A DNA stretch of 64,000 bases from Candidatus Heimdallarchaeota archaeon (GTDB lineage: Archaea; Asgardarchaeota; Heimdallarchaeia; Hodarchaeales; Hodarchaeaceae), in the NCBI GenBank assembly GCA_020353515.1, contig CP070695.1, positions 2,674,155 to 2,738,154 of the forward strand, in the 5' to 3' direction. Each line of letters opens with the position of its first letter. The first letter of the stretch is position 1. The notes below the pieces were generated by a model. That model ran no database searches, was not told the origin of the DNA, and saw only the letters and a list, made by a program, of their open reading frames with translations. Positions 48,418 to 59,093 of this stretch are shown here, in pieces. A program made the position numbers and the translations under genes.

Positions 48418-50601
48418 TTATGGAGTAATGGCTGCGGGGGGGATAATATCCCATCTGATTCGCCAGATATATATCCATTTATGTGCTGTCCGATAAGCAA
48501 GCTCATAGTATTGCGAATATTCTGCATATTCTTCTGAGAATCCTTTTGTTGCAGGAGCATTTTCTGTTATAGGGGCATATGATTTGATACGCTCAAATGT
48601 TTCACTTGAAACTCCTTCTTCATCGGAGGCTCCACCACCTGTGAATAAAGACCAAAATACAGAGTCATAAAATTGGTCGATATATCCCTGGATATACTGT
48701 TGTCGTGAATCATACTTAAGGTAGTCATCTTGATCTATTTTGACGATATTACCGTTGGCCATTCCAATTCTGATAAACCAAGGAACTTTCCCCAAGTCAG
48801 AATCTAATTGCCACCACCCGTCGGAGACTAAAAGGACGAGATAGGTGACATCGTAGATTTTCGAGATTTTTAATGAGTCTCTAGGATTAAGTACTAACAT
48901 ACATCCAATATTACCTATTTTTGTTTTATTAATCGTCGCATTATCTACCAAAATGGTTGTATTTGAATTCCCACTAATCCAATATCCGTAATCCCACCAA
49001 GAGGCAACAACATCATTTGGCCCTGTATTATAATCTAACCAACTGATGGCTTCTTGCCAGTCATATCCTAGAATAACCTGTTGTCCTGTATAAACTGGAG
49101 TGGAGATAGACGGTGCTTGTGTTGACTTGGCCGCTTGGTCACTAGCGTTAACAAGAGCGAACATTGCAATGATCCCTATAAATACAAACGCTATCGCAGT
49201 TTGCTCATTTGATAATGGTTGGATGAAGCGAGTTTTTCTACGACTTAATGCGAAGCGTTCTTGAAAAGCAAGTACAAAAGGTAGAAGGGTCTGGTCAATA
49301 GCTTGTGCTGCTAGTAATGAAACTGCTGGAGCTAATATCAAAGCTAATCTTACCATAGAGCCCGCAAAATATATTGCTGTAAATCCAAATAATAATAGGA
49401 GGAAATTCCTTTCAGTTGGTTTTAGATAGAGAAAATAAATACTCAGTGGTAAAAGAAAAATCAAAACTCCTGTGTTTCTGAAAAATGTCGACCATGTTAC
49501 TATTTGATGTTCACTAACTGATTTCAAGATTGGTGTTGTATCACGATATATTGGTAGAAGCACGGTAATAAATTTTGATGCCATATTTCCTAGGACACCG
49601 GTTGTAAATAAGACAATAACTCCTATGATTGCTGCTACTGCAATAAAAGGAATAAGTGTTCTAAAACGTGCACGAATTTTACTTGTGCTATAAAATGAGT
49701 CGACATAACGATAAATCTCTGCTAGGGCTACTAGTCCAAGAACACCTAGAGTTGACAAACTATCCGTATTCAGGAGAGATTTAGCACCATTTTTTGGGAT
49801 TAATATCATAATAAAGAATCCTAGAAGAATTGATCCTCCGTATGAAAGGAATAATCTATCTGAATGTTTTCTAAGTAGTAACATAACAAATGCATGAAGT
49901 GCTAATAAGTTGAAGACATAAGTTGCGGCACCCCATGATGCTGATAGGATACCTAAGCATATACCCGCAAGCATCGTTGAACTAAGGGATCCTGTTCGAA
50001 GAGATCGTGCATAAAAATACAAAGTAAGTATAAGGAAAAGGATTCCTAGTGATTCATGATCAAAAAAGCCTACTACGGTTCGTTGTAGATGTCCAGGCGA
50101 AATTGCCAGAAATAAAGCTGCAAGAATGCCAATTTTTTTGTTTCCTAGTTCTTTTCCTAAAAAATACATTGCTACACAGGTTAGGGCTCCCATCAGAGCA
50201 GGTTGATAATAACAGATTACCATTAATGAAATATCAAGTCCCAAAAAACTGGTTAGTTGATGTATTAGGACTGCAGAAAGGGGCGTACCAATGTATTGGT
50301 TTTTTCCCCAGAAACGGCCTTCAGGGTACCAAGTTTGGGGATCTACCCAGCTAAGAAATGCTGCTAGACCATTTTCTTCTATGTACATTGCAGCACGTAG
50401 TTGTGAGTATGGATCGTTTGCAGTAAGAATAATTTCATATGCTGGTTCATGAAGAACCGCAAAAATTCTAACAAGATAAGCTAAAATGAAAATTAATACG
50501 AGTGAGGTATATAGAAGTACCATTTCTTTATTAATTGATGTAACAGCTGTATTATAGCGATTTCTGAGGTCGTTTATGATTCTATCGATGAAAACAGGCA
50601 T
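48418..50601 (-). CDS. aglB: Oligosaccharyltransferase AglB/STT3
   Basis: NDPY, WYPEGR, GFFDHE, SVSEHQ, WWDYGY, DNAT, DLGKVPWFIRIG. Confidence 0.96.
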   Translation of the reverse strand: MPVFIDRIINDLRNRYNTAVTSINKEMVLLYTSLVLIFILAYLVRIFAVLHEPAYEIILTANDPYSQLRAAMYIEENGLAAFLSWVDPQTWYPEGRFWGKNQYIGTPLSAVLIHQLTSFLGLDISLMVICYYQPALMGALTCVAMYFLGKELGNKKIGILAALFLAISPGHLQRTVVGFFDHESLGILFLILTLYFYARSLRTGSLSSTMLAGICLGILSASWGAATYVFNLLALHAFVMLLLRKHSDRLFLSYGGSILLGFFIMILIPKNGAKSLLNTDSLSTLGVLGLVALAEIYRYVDSFYSTSKIRARFRTLIPFIAVAAIIGVIVLFTTGVLGNMASKFITVLLPIYRDTTPILKSVSEHQIVTWSTFFRNTGVLIFLLPLSIYFLYLKPTERNFLLLLFGFTAIYFAGSMVRLALILAPAVSLLAAQAIDQTLLPFVLAFQERFALSRRKTRFIQPLSNEQTAIAFVFIGIIAMFALVNASDQAAKSTQAPSISTPVYTGQQVILGYDWQEAISWLDYNTGPNDVVASWWDYGYWISGNSNTTILVDNATINKTKIGNIGCMLVLNPRDSLKISKIYDVTYLVLLVSDGWWQLDSDLGKVPWFIRIGMANGNIVKIDQDDYLKYDSRQQYIQGYIDQFYDSVFWSLFTGGGASDEEGVSSETFERIKSYAPITENAPATKGFSEEYAEYSQYYELAYRTAHKWIYIWRIRWDIIPPAAITP

Positions 50602-50771
50602 TTATCTTGTTCACCTTGGAAAATCTATAGTAGGTTGTTAAATTTCTAGTAGAAAAATGGTCGTTAATATTAAGATGGCTTGCTTGCGTCGCAAACGGCA
50701 CTCTTTTACAAGATTTTATTTGTTTAATGTAATACAATTATTTGATAGTTTAATGTTATCACCAACAATAA

Positions 50772-51119
50772 ATGGTGTCAACGATGACAAAACAACCCAT
50801 GGATGTTGATTTAGAGTTATTTGAGCTAATGTTTCCAGGAAAACTTGTCGGTAAAGCGGTTATTGATGCAAATGCCCGTATGATTGGCGTTATTCGTAAT
50901 GTTAGAATTCAAATTCCTTCTCCAACTATTAGTTTGACTATAAAAGGTCTTGATACAGAATTTACAGTGAAATCCGAAAATATTCAAGCAGTTGGTAATG
51001 TAGTACAATTGAATGTTACAATAAAACATTCAGAACCTATTGAAATCAATGATATCATTAAGTTGAGAACAGAAATACAGGAAGAGTTAATTCATTTTTT
51101 TTCCCTTCTAAAATCTTAG
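50772..51119 (+). CDS. PRC-barrel domain protein
   Basis: LVGKAVIDANARMIGVIRNVRI...VKSENIQAVGNVVQL. Confidence 0.75.
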   Translation: MVSTMTKQPMDVDLELFELMFPGKLVGKAVIDANARMIGVIRNVRIQIPSPTISLTIKGLDTEFTVKSENIQAVGNVVQLNVTIKHSEPIEINDIIKLRTEIQEELIHFFSLLKS

Positions 51120-51183
51120 AGAGAACTCGGATACTTTCTAGAATTCCTCTTAAGCAATTCAATAAGTAGTAATTGGGAAACAT

Positions 51184-52047
51184 ATGGTAAATTTAAATCG
51201 TTTGACATCCTGGACAAGACATTTACGGACTAGACGTGGTAATAGAATTTTCTTACAAGCTGTTAAAATGTTTAAATTCCATATGACACCATTTTCCATA
51301 TTATTACAGAGAATTTGTGAAGTTCTTGAGGAATACGATTCCAAATTTACATTTCCTCTTACAGCATCAACAGCTCAATCTAATCCTATACTAGTCAAAT
51401 GGTTGAAATCATCTCACCATGAAATTGCTATTCATGGATATAAACATGTGCGATATCCTTTTCTTTCTACTAAACACCAATTCTTAGAAATCAAAAAATC
51501 TATCCAAGTTTTTAAGGAATTAAGAATTCCCTTCCAAGGTTTTAGAGCACCATATAACCTATATTCAGAGACGACCAAGGAATTAATAAACAAATTTGGT
51601 TTTAAATGGGATGCAGGAATAGGTTTTCATCGTGATTATAGGAATGGGCACAAATTCTTTAAGATTCGGTTAAAGGATGGAAAAGAATCATCCTACACTT
51701 GTATTCCTTTATGTGAATGGTCTGATGACCGTATGATTGATAATTATAACCTCTCATCAGAAAAAATGGCGAAAATACTGATTTACCATTTAGAAAAAGC
51801 TAGAAAGGTTAATGGACTTATTATGTATGATCTTCATCCAATAAGAATTGGACAAAATCAATATATTCAAAGTTTGAGAAGGTTACTCATTCATGCAAAC
51901 AAGATTGATGCTTGGATTCCAACAATTTCAGAGGCAATAAACTACTGGTCTAAGCATCATCAGTGGAAAGACTCTGCTCCTGTCTGCTGTCTACTAACAG
52001 GAGATATTGATAATTTCACATTTTTTGATTACATAAGAAGAATTTAA
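51184..52047 (+). CDS. Polysaccharide deacetylase family (CE4-like) protein
   Basis: HEIAIHGYKH, GFRAPY, FKWDAG, DLHP. Confidence 0.8.
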   Translation: MVNLNRLTSWTRHLRTRRGNRIFLQAVKMFKFHMTPFSILLQRICEVLEEYDSKFTFPLTASTAQSNPILVKWLKSSHHEIAIHGYKHVRYPFLSTKHQFLEIKKSIQVFKELRIPFQGFRAPYNLYSETTKELINKFGFKWDAGIGFHRDYRNGHKFFKIRLKDGKESSYTCIPLCEWSDDRMIDNYNLSSEKMAKILIYHLEKARKVNGLIMYDLHPIRIGQNQYIQSLRRLLIHANKIDAWIPTISEAINYWSKHHQWKDSAPVCCLLTGDIDNFTFFDYIRRI

Positions 52048-52066
52048 GTTAAATGACTGGTTTAAG

Positions 52067-52558
52067 ATGTCACATTGGTCTATAGGAATAGATATAACAG
52101 ACATAAAACGTTTTAGGGAGTACCCACTGTCAAGACATTCACGTTTCTATGACCGAGTATTTAATGAATATGAATTCAGATATTGTACTGATCATTCTGA
52201 CCCTTATCCCCATTTTGCTGGAATTTTTGCAGCAAAAGAAGCAGTATTCAAAGCAGTGGGAAAATTTTTCCCCCTTTCTTTATTTCAAATTTCCATTCAT
52301 CATGATGAAAAAGGAAGACCCACTGTTTGGCTAGAAAAAAATGATAAAATCCCTCAATTGGAAAATAAATCACAAAAAAACTTTGAGAATCTTGTTGTTC
52401 AAGTCAGTATCACACACTCCAGTGCCCTAGCTATGGCTTGGGCATTGGCATTCTTAAAAACTTCTCAAAATGACACACTAGAGGGATTAGATCGATTGAA
52501 AGGTGAATTACAGAGAGAGATTTGTAATGAGTTCGTCGAACATCGATGTACTTCGTAA
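52067..52558 (+). CDS. acpS: Holo-ACP synthase (AcpS-type phosphopantetheinyl transferase)
   Basis: IGIDITDIKRF, FAGIFAAKEAVFKA, GRP, VSITHS. Confidence 0.92.
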   Translation: MSHWSIGIDITDIKRFREYPLSRHSRFYDRVFNEYEFRYCTDHSDPYPHFAGIFAAKEAVFKAVGKFFPLSLFQISIHHDEKGRPTVWLEKNDKIPQLENKSQKNFENLVVQVSITHSSALAMAWALAFLKTSQNDTLEGLDRLKGELQREICNEFVEHRCTS

Positions 52559-54383
52559 ACAAGACGAGATACTTGAACTAGTTCGTAAGGAACCAAGTCA
52601 CAGAAATTATTGGAATGTTTACAAGAGGATTGAAAGATTAGATTTTTCTAATGTTAAAATTCCCTCTGAAGAGCGTATTAGCCTTACCTTGATGAGTTCG
52701 TTCACAATTGATCCGTTAGCTATTTATCTTGATATAGATTGTCGTTTAAACGGGCTTTTACCAAAGATTTATGTTGCACCATTTAATCGTTATCATGACG
52801 AGGTTCTTAATAAAAAGAGTGGTCTTTACAAGTCTCAACCAGATGTAGTACTCTTTTTTATTAGAGTAGAATCCTTAGTAGAAGATATTTTTAGAGTTAA
52901 CTATACTCAAATGAATAAAGAACATATAGAATCAGAATTGGATCGGATCATTCATGTGATCAAGCAACCAATAACTTCAATAATTCAACAGAGTGAAGCC
53001 TTAGTCATTTTCAGCAATTTCATCATTCCAACGTTTTCTCCTTTTGGTATTCTGGATAATAAACAAAACATTGGGTTTAAGAGATTCTATCAATTATTGA
53101 ACTTAAAGCTTGAAGAGTCCTTTCGTCAGAATAACCAAGTTTTCATCTTTGATCTAAATGAAGTCGCAAGTATCTATGGTAAAGATAACTATTTGAATCA
53201 TCCAATGAATTATCGCGGTTCAATACTTTTTAATGAATCGTTCTTATCACGTATCTCTTATCGTTTAATGGGATATATAAAAGCATTGAGATCAAAAAAT
53301 CGGAAATGCATTGTCCTTGATTTAGATAACACCCTTTGGGGGGGGATTATCGGAGAGGATGGATTTAAAGGAATCAAACTCAATATAAATTATCCTGGTA
53401 ATGAATTTGTAGATTTTCAAAGAACTATTTTAAGCTTAAACAGAAGAGGTGTCATTTTAGCAATTAATAGCAAAAATAATCTCGAAGATGCTTTAGAAGT
53501 CTTCCAGAAACATCCCTACATGCAAATAAGAGAAAATAACCTTGCAGCTCATCGTATAAATTGGAATGATAAGGTTCAAAACCTTATTGAATTAGCTAAG
53601 GAGATAAACATAGGTTTAGATAGCATTGTATTCATTGATGATAATCCTGTAGAACGTGCACGTGTGCAATCATCTCTTCCAGATGTTCTCGTCATGGATA
53701 TGCCTTCTAGTCCCGCTTTATTTCGTAAAACATTAGAGGGAATGAATGATTTCGATACATTATCGCTTACGGCTGAAGATCTTCAACGTAGTGAAATGTA
53801 TTATGCAAAGCGAAAAAGACACGATCTTGAAGAACATGTTCAAACACTTGAAGAATTCATTAAATCCTTGGAAATTGTTGTAAAAATAAAGAATACAGAT
53901 AAATTTGTACTCCCACGAGTTGCTAGTCTTTTAAACCGGACTAACCAATTTAATTTGACTACTAAACGTTACACTGAGACTGAAGTTCAACAAATGCATG
54001 ATGATCCAGATAAATTTCGTCTTTATACTCTACAAGCACAAGACAAATTTGGTGATGAAGGAATAGTTGGTATTGCTATTATTGAAGTAAAATCTCCAGA
54101 ATATTGGGTTATTGATAGCTTCCTCTTGAGCTGCAGGGTGATTGGTAGAAAAATTGAAACAACATTTCTAAATAAGATAATTAAAGATGCTAAATATTAT
54201 AGTGTGGAAAAGATAGAAGCTAAGTATGTTCCAACGAAAAAAAACTCATTAGTAAATGATTTCTACCTTAATCATGGTTTTCACTTAGCGCAAGAACTGA
54301 ATGGTGGAGAAACACATTGGATACTCCACTCAACTGATTTTAATGTAGTATATCCTAATTACATTCATGTAGTTGAAGAATGA
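52503..54383 (+). CDS. FkbH-like HAD-IIIC glyceryl-ACP transferase/phosphatase (likely start ATG 52527)
   Basis: KCIVLDLDNTLWGGIIGEDG, SKNN, INWNDK, FIDDNPVER, RTNQFNLTT, DKFGDEG, FLLSCRVIGR. Confidence 0.93.
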   Translation: MNYRERFVMSSSNIDVLRKQDEILELVRKEPSHRNYWNVYKRIERLDFSNVKIPSEERISLTLMSSFTIDPLAIYLDIDCRLNGLLPKIYVAPFNRYHDEVLNKKSGLYKSQPDVVLFFIRVESLVEDIFRVNYTQMNKEHIESELDRIIHVIKQPITSIIQQSEALVIFSNFIIPTFSPFGILDNKQNIGFKRFYQLLNLKLEESFRQNNQVFIFDLNEVASIYGKDNYLNHPMNYRGSILFNESFLSRISYRLMGYIKALRSKNRKCIVLDLDNTLWGGIIGEDGFKGIKLNINYPGNEFVDFQRTILSLNRRGVILAINSKNNLEDALEVFQKHPYMQIRENNLAAHRINWNDKVQNLIELAKEINIGLDSIVFIDDNPVERARVQSSLPDVLVMDMPSSPALFRKTLEGMNDFDTLSLTAEDLQRSEMYYAKRKRHDLEEHVQTLEEFIKSLEIVVKIKNTDKFVLPRVASLLNRTNQFNLTTKRYTETEVQQMHDDPDKFRLYTLQAQDKFGDEGIVGIAIIEVKSPEYWVIDSFLLSCRVIGRKIETTFLNKIIKDAKYYSVEKIEAKYVPTKKNSLVNDFYLNHGFHLAQELNGGETHWILHSTDFNVVYPNYIHVVEE

Positions 54384-54628
54384 TGGCTGATGTGCAAGTT
54401 ATATTTGAAGATGTAATTTCTAAGATACTTTTATTAGAGAATGAGCAAATTAATGACAATGTTTCTAGAGATAATCTTGAAGAGTGGGATTCAATGACTC
54501 ATCTCGCGTTAATTTCAGAGTTAGAACAGGTTTTTGACATCATTCTCTCTGATGATGACGTTACGGAGATTAAAACAATTGGTGATATAAAAAAAACCTT
54601 GAATAAATATGAAATTAAGGTAAAATAG
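54380..54628 (+). CDS. Acyl carrier protein
   Basis: Acidic 82-aa protein with WDSMTHLALISELEQVFDI (phosphopantetheine Ser). Confidence 0.92.
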   Translation: MMADVQVIFEDVISKILLLENEQINDNVSRDNLEEWDSMTHLALISELEQVFDIILSDDDVTEIKTIGDIKKTLNKYEIKVK

Positions 54629-54769
54629 TAAACCATCTATAGAGAAGCCAATTAGATAAACCAAAGACTTCTTAATCATCCTGTAATTTATTCTTAATCA
54701 ATTGAGAGAAAAAATGCTTCCATTTTGATTAAGAAAGAAAAGAATCGGGATTGTCAAAAGAAGAATAAA

Positions 54770-55177
54770 TTACTTTTCTAGAAATTCTATAAGATAGCGA
54801 GTGGGTGTCCATACAAAAGCTATTCGACGTCCATTAAAAAGTGCTGAAGGTGTAGGCTTTTGGGCAATAACAGCATGATTTTCTCTAGCTTTTTTCAGCG
54901 CGTCTTCTAGAGAGGGAACCTCAATACAGTAGTGATAAAGGCGATTATTTTGCTTCAAAATGCTATCGATAGGAGATGGTACGTCTAAAGGTTCTACTAA
55001 TTCAAGTAAACAGCTTTCAATTGGTTGTCCATTTATCGCTAGAAGTACCACCCTTACTTTCAATATTTTATCGTCAACAACAGGACTAACCTGCTTCATA
55101 CCCAGAGCTTGAATATGAAATTCTAAAGTTTTTTCTATTGAGGTTACAGCAACACCTACATGGTGTATCTTGGTCAT
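54770..55177 (-). CDS. VOC-family protein (methylmalonyl-CoA epimerase-like)
   Basis: IHHVGVAV, LELVEP, YHYCIEV, IEFLE. Confidence 0.85.
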   Translation of the reverse strand: MTKIHHVGVAVTSIEKTLEFHIQALGMKQVSPVVDDKILKVRVVLLAINGQPIESCLLELVEPLDVPSPIDSILKQNNRLYHYCIEVPSLEDALKKARENHAVIAQKPTPSALFNGRRIAFVWTPTRYLIEFLEK

Positions 55178-55185
55178 AAGCTATT

Positions 55186-55653
55186 TCATCCTTTTGGTGG
55201 TACTTTTTTAGGTCTTGGTAACTCAGAAACTACTCGTGCAGGATTACCTGCAGCGATTTTGAAGTCTGGTATATCCCGATTAACCACAGAACCAGCGGCT
55301 ATAATTGAACCTATGCCAATAGTTACTCCTGGAAGAATAATTGCCCCAGTTCCAATCCAAGCTCCTTGTTTGATGAGTACAGCTTGTGATGGTTGTTTAA
55401 ATATGTTTGTTTGGTGGTGATATGGACTTCCTCCTGAATGGGCTAAAATTGATACCATGGGGCCAACACTGACATCATCCTCAAGAGTAATCAAATGGGG
55501 AAACTCTCCATCAAAAAAAACTAAATTGGCAATATAGACTCGTTTACCAATCTTTACACCACATTTTCGCCATACACTAGCTCTAAATTGGTAAATAGGG
55601 GCAATCCAAGCAAGCATACGAAAAATTCTTCCTAAAGTTCTACCCAAGGACAC
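55186..55653 (-). CDS. Hexapeptide-repeat (LbH) O-acyltransferase
   Basis: GVKIGKRVYI, AWIGTGAIILPGVTIG..SIIAAGSVV...AGNPARVV. Confidence 0.88.
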   Translation of the reverse strand: MSLGRTLGRIFRMLAWIAPIYQFRASVWRKCGVKIGKRVYIANLVFFDGEFPHLITLEDDVSVGPMVSILAHSGGSPYHHQTNIFKQPSQAVLIKQGAWIGTGAIILPGVTIGIGSIIAAGSVVNRDIPDFKIAAGNPARVVSELPRPKKVPPKG

Positions 55654-55668
55654 TCAACAACCATTGGT

Positions 55669-56076
55669 TTATTTCTTATTCCAAGAATTTCTCTGAATTG
55701 AAGCAATTTTGATTGAAATCTCTATTAACATATCTATTATCTGTAGGATATTTTTCATTTCTTCTATCTTCTCACAGTCAGCAAGTTTTTGAGCCATAAA
55801 GTTTAATTTTCCAGTTAAAATATCTTGAACCATTTCTCGGGTTTCTGAGAAGGAGTGAGCATGTTCAATTTGCTTAGCTTCATCATCAGAACTCACGTAT
55901 ACAGCTTTTCTACCACATTTCGGACAGAATATTTTTTCACTCTTTTTAAATAAGGGAACTTTGCAGTCTGGGCAGGAATCAGCTAACATTGTTGCCCCTG
56001 AAAGCAACAGGGTGCTCATTTGCTTAATATCGGATGAAGAATTTTCTTTGTCTTTCGACATGTCGAGGACCTTCAA
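55669..56076 (-). CDS. Autoantigen p27 / UPF0148 zinc-ribbon protein
   Basis: MSTLLLSGATMLADSCPDCKVPLF...FCPKC. Confidence 0.85.
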   Translation of the reverse strand: MKVLDMSKDKENSSSDIKQMSTLLLSGATMLADSCPDCKVPLFKKSEKIFCPKCGRKAVYVSSDDEAKQIEHAHSFSETREMVQDILTGKLNFMAQKLADCEKIEEMKNILQIIDMLIEISIKIASIQRNSWNKK

Positions 56077-56082
56077 TGTTGA

Positions 56083-58665
56083 TCATATTTTTATAGCTGA
56101 TGAACCATCTTTAATGATGTTTTCTTCCTTATAATTTGGTTTTGCCGTATAAATGGTTTTAATATTATGCATTTCCATTAGATCAGGAATAAATCCCTTT
56201 AGGCTTTTTGGGATAAAAATTTTGGTTAGTGGTGCTTTTAGGGAGAAGCCACGATCTTTTTTTACCTTCCAAATAAAGGAGTTAAGTTTGATTAGTTCAT
56301 ACGTACAAGAGTCTTCTACTTTCTGATCCGACCTAGCTTTCGGTAACAACTTTTGATGGATACTATTTCCGGTTTGGTATATGTTTTGGTAGATAAATTC
56401 AGTTACAAAAGGAATAATCGGTGCTAACAACTTAAGAATTCCTTCTAGGATATAATGAAGAGTATAGTGTACACTTTGTGCCTCATTCTGTTCTGATTCT
56501 TCTAGGTTGTATGCACGTGTTTTTACTAATTCAATGTAATGAGAAGCAAAAACATTCCAAACCCAGTTGTAAATATTTTCTGTAGGAATCGAAAAATCGA
56601 GTTGTGAGTAACCCTCCAAACAACGGGAAATAAGAGCGTCTAGACTCCTTAAGATCCATTGATCTGTATGATGCAATGACTTAGGAGGATTTACATTTGG
56701 AAAAGAAGAAATGAATCTCGCAATATTCCATAATTTGGTAATAAACTTAGCATTACCATCTAGTTTTATCAATGAGAAACGCATATCCGAGCCATGGCTA
56801 CCTTGTAAGCACGATGTTAATCTTAGGCAGTCTGCACCGTAATGAAGGTTTGGTCGGGCTTTTTTATTTCCAAATTTTGATGATTTTTCCATTTCTGTTA
56901 TAATTTTCCAACTATTTGGATCAGGTTTAAACATCTCTGGAGTATCTTCGGGTAAAATAGGCGGTTGTAAAAATAGAAGGGGATCAATGCTATTTCCAAG
57001 CGATTTTGACATTTTTCCTCCATATGGATCTCGCACAAGTCCAGAGATCCAAACTTGTTTGAATGCTGGCTTCTTAAAGAGATGATATGCTCTAAGAATT
57101 GAATAATATAACCAAGTTCGGACAATTTCTTTTCCTTGAGGACGGATCGAACATGGATAATTTTGTGAAAAGAATTCTTCATTTTCATCATTAAAAAAAG
57201 TATTTCCGTAATTACATACTATTAATTCTGATATTGAGGAATCGAACCAAGTATCAAAAGTTCGTTCTTCACCAATTGCGTTTTCAAGTGAGGATCCGCA
57301 ATAAAAACAATTCTGAATCGGTGATTTTTCCTTCCATGCTTCATAATAACGCGTCATTTGATCTTCTTGTGGCACATTGGCTGAATGACATTTTGGACAA
57401 TACCATATAGGAATGGATGTTCCATAAAATCTTCTACGACTAATCGCCCAATCCATTGTTATTGACTTAATCCAAGAATCAAGAATGATCTTTGAAGATT
57501 TCGGATAGAATTCCATCTGATCAGCTAGTTTTTCAAGTTCAGGGAGAATTTCTGTCTGTTGTAAGTAATACTCATCCATAGCGATTATTTCAATGGGGGT
57601 CTTTGACCTCCAACATATTGGGATTCTACGTGATGTTGGCCCTGAATCAACCAAGAATTTCTTCTCTTTTAAATCCTTCAATATTGCAATCTGTGTTTCT
57701 TCTACTGTTTTTCCACGGTATATACCTCCTACTTCATTTATACGTCCATCAGCGTTAATCATAGTACTTGGGGAAATCACCCCAAATTCTCGAAGAATTT
57801 TTACATCAGATTTATCACCATAAGCACAGATCATCATGATTCCTGATCCATATTTTGGATTAGCTTCATGATGGGCTTTAATCGGAATTTTTTTCTCAAA
57901 AATGGGAGTAATAGCATTTTTCCCTTGTAAATGGGAATATCTTTCGTCAGATGGGTGAAAAATTATCAGTTCACATGTTGGAATTAACTCTGGACGAGTT
58001 GTTGCAATGATAATAGTTTCGTCTGAGTTTTCAATATCAAATCTTATGTGGTAAAGGGTTGATTCATCGTAACGGTATTCTATCTCTGCATCAGCAATCG
58101 TAGTGCCACAATCAACACACCAATTATTTGGCCGTGTGGCTCTCAATATTTTTTCTTCATGCCATGACTTACAGAACGTACGTTGAGTGTTAAAACGATA
58201 TTCAGGAGAATCTGTTTGATAAAAAATTTCAGGAGAGCCATAAAACGTATTGCAGGATAATCCCATCCATTTCATTACCTGAATCGTATTTTCCTCTGCC
58301 TTATCTAGTTCTCTTTTACAGATTTGAAGGAATTCTTCACGATCAATCTCATGCATGGATATTCCTAGTTCCTGTTCAACCTTTACTTCTACTGGTAGAC
58401 CATTCCGATCTACGCATGCAGGAAAAATTACATTGTAACCTAACATTCTCTGGTAACGTGCTATCATATCTATCTGAGCATAATGAATAGCAAATCCTAT
58501 ATGAGCACGGCCAGAAACATAAGGAGGTGGTGTATCGATTATATAGGTGGGTTTGTCAGGATCATTACAGTATTTATAGACCCCATTTTGTGTCCAGAAC
58601 TTAATGATTTCACGTTCATTGATTGCTTTCCATCGTTTTTGTTTGAGTTTCGGTTTGAATTTCAT
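56083..58665 (-). CDS. valS: Valyl-tRNA synthetase
   Basis: DTPPPYVSGRAHIG, ATTRPE, DWAISRRRFYG, RPQGKEIVRTW, KMSKSLGN. Confidence 0.95.
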   Translation of the reverse strand: MKFKPKLKQKRWKAINEREIIKFWTQNGVYKYCNDPDKPTYIIDTPPPYVSGRAHIGFAIHYAQIDMIARYQRMLGYNVIFPACVDRNGLPVEVKVEQELGISMHEIDREEFLQICKRELDKAEENTIQVMKWMGLSCNTFYGSPEIFYQTDSPEYRFNTQRTFCKSWHEEKILRATRPNNWCVDCGTTIADAEIEYRYDESTLYHIRFDIENSDETIIIATTRPELIPTCELIIFHPSDERYSHLQGKNAITPIFEKKIPIKAHHEANPKYGSGIMMICAYGDKSDVKILREFGVISPSTMINADGRINEVGGIYRGKTVEETQIAILKDLKEKKFLVDSGPTSRRIPICWRSKTPIEIIAMDEYYLQQTEILPELEKLADQMEFYPKSSKIILDSWIKSITMDWAISRRRFYGTSIPIWYCPKCHSANVPQEDQMTRYYEAWKEKSPIQNCFYCGSSLENAIGEERTFDTWFDSSISELIVCNYGNTFFNDENEEFFSQNYPCSIRPQGKEIVRTWLYYSILRAYHLFKKPAFKQVWISGLVRDPYGGKMSKSLGNSIDPLLFLQPPILPEDTPEMFKPDPNSWKIITEMEKSSKFGNKKARPNLHYGADCLRLTSCLQGSHGSDMRFSLIKLDGNAKFITKLWNIARFISSFPNVNPPKSLHHTDQWILRSLDALISRCLEGYSQLDFSIPTENIYNWVWNVFASHYIELVKTRAYNLEESEQNEAQSVHYTLHYILEGILKLLAPIIPFVTEFIYQNIYQTGNSIHQKLLPKARSDQKVEDSCTYELIKLNSFIWKVKKDRGFSLKAPLTKIFIPKSLKGFIPDLMEMHNIKTIYTAKPNYKEENIIKDGSSAIKI

Positions 58666-59093
58666 TCATATATCCTCCATATGGTTTATTCTGTGCAATT
58701 CGAAAGTTACGGGCTCTGTTCGCTCAAAAACAGTAAGAATAGTTGACATATTCGAATCATAGAAATTATCAATGCAAAATGAGTTATATATTAGAATAAG
58801 AAAACAGAAACAGAAAAGTAAGCGGAGAAAATGTGATTTTCCACTAGCTGAAAATGCTAGAAGAAACAACAAAGTGATCCCAGCTGGATATCACTATTTA
58901 TCACCCATTTCAGTTAGTTTAAGGAACCCTTTTTAAACTTTGATTTAGGTACGTCATTAGTATATGTTTTCTATGAAATACAAATCTTTTCCCAGCAATG
59001 GTAGATATTAGAATAAAAAATTGATAATTAGAAATGAATAAAGCTAAATTATTGGAATCTAACCTACAATAATTTCTTTGAGAGAAAAGCTTC

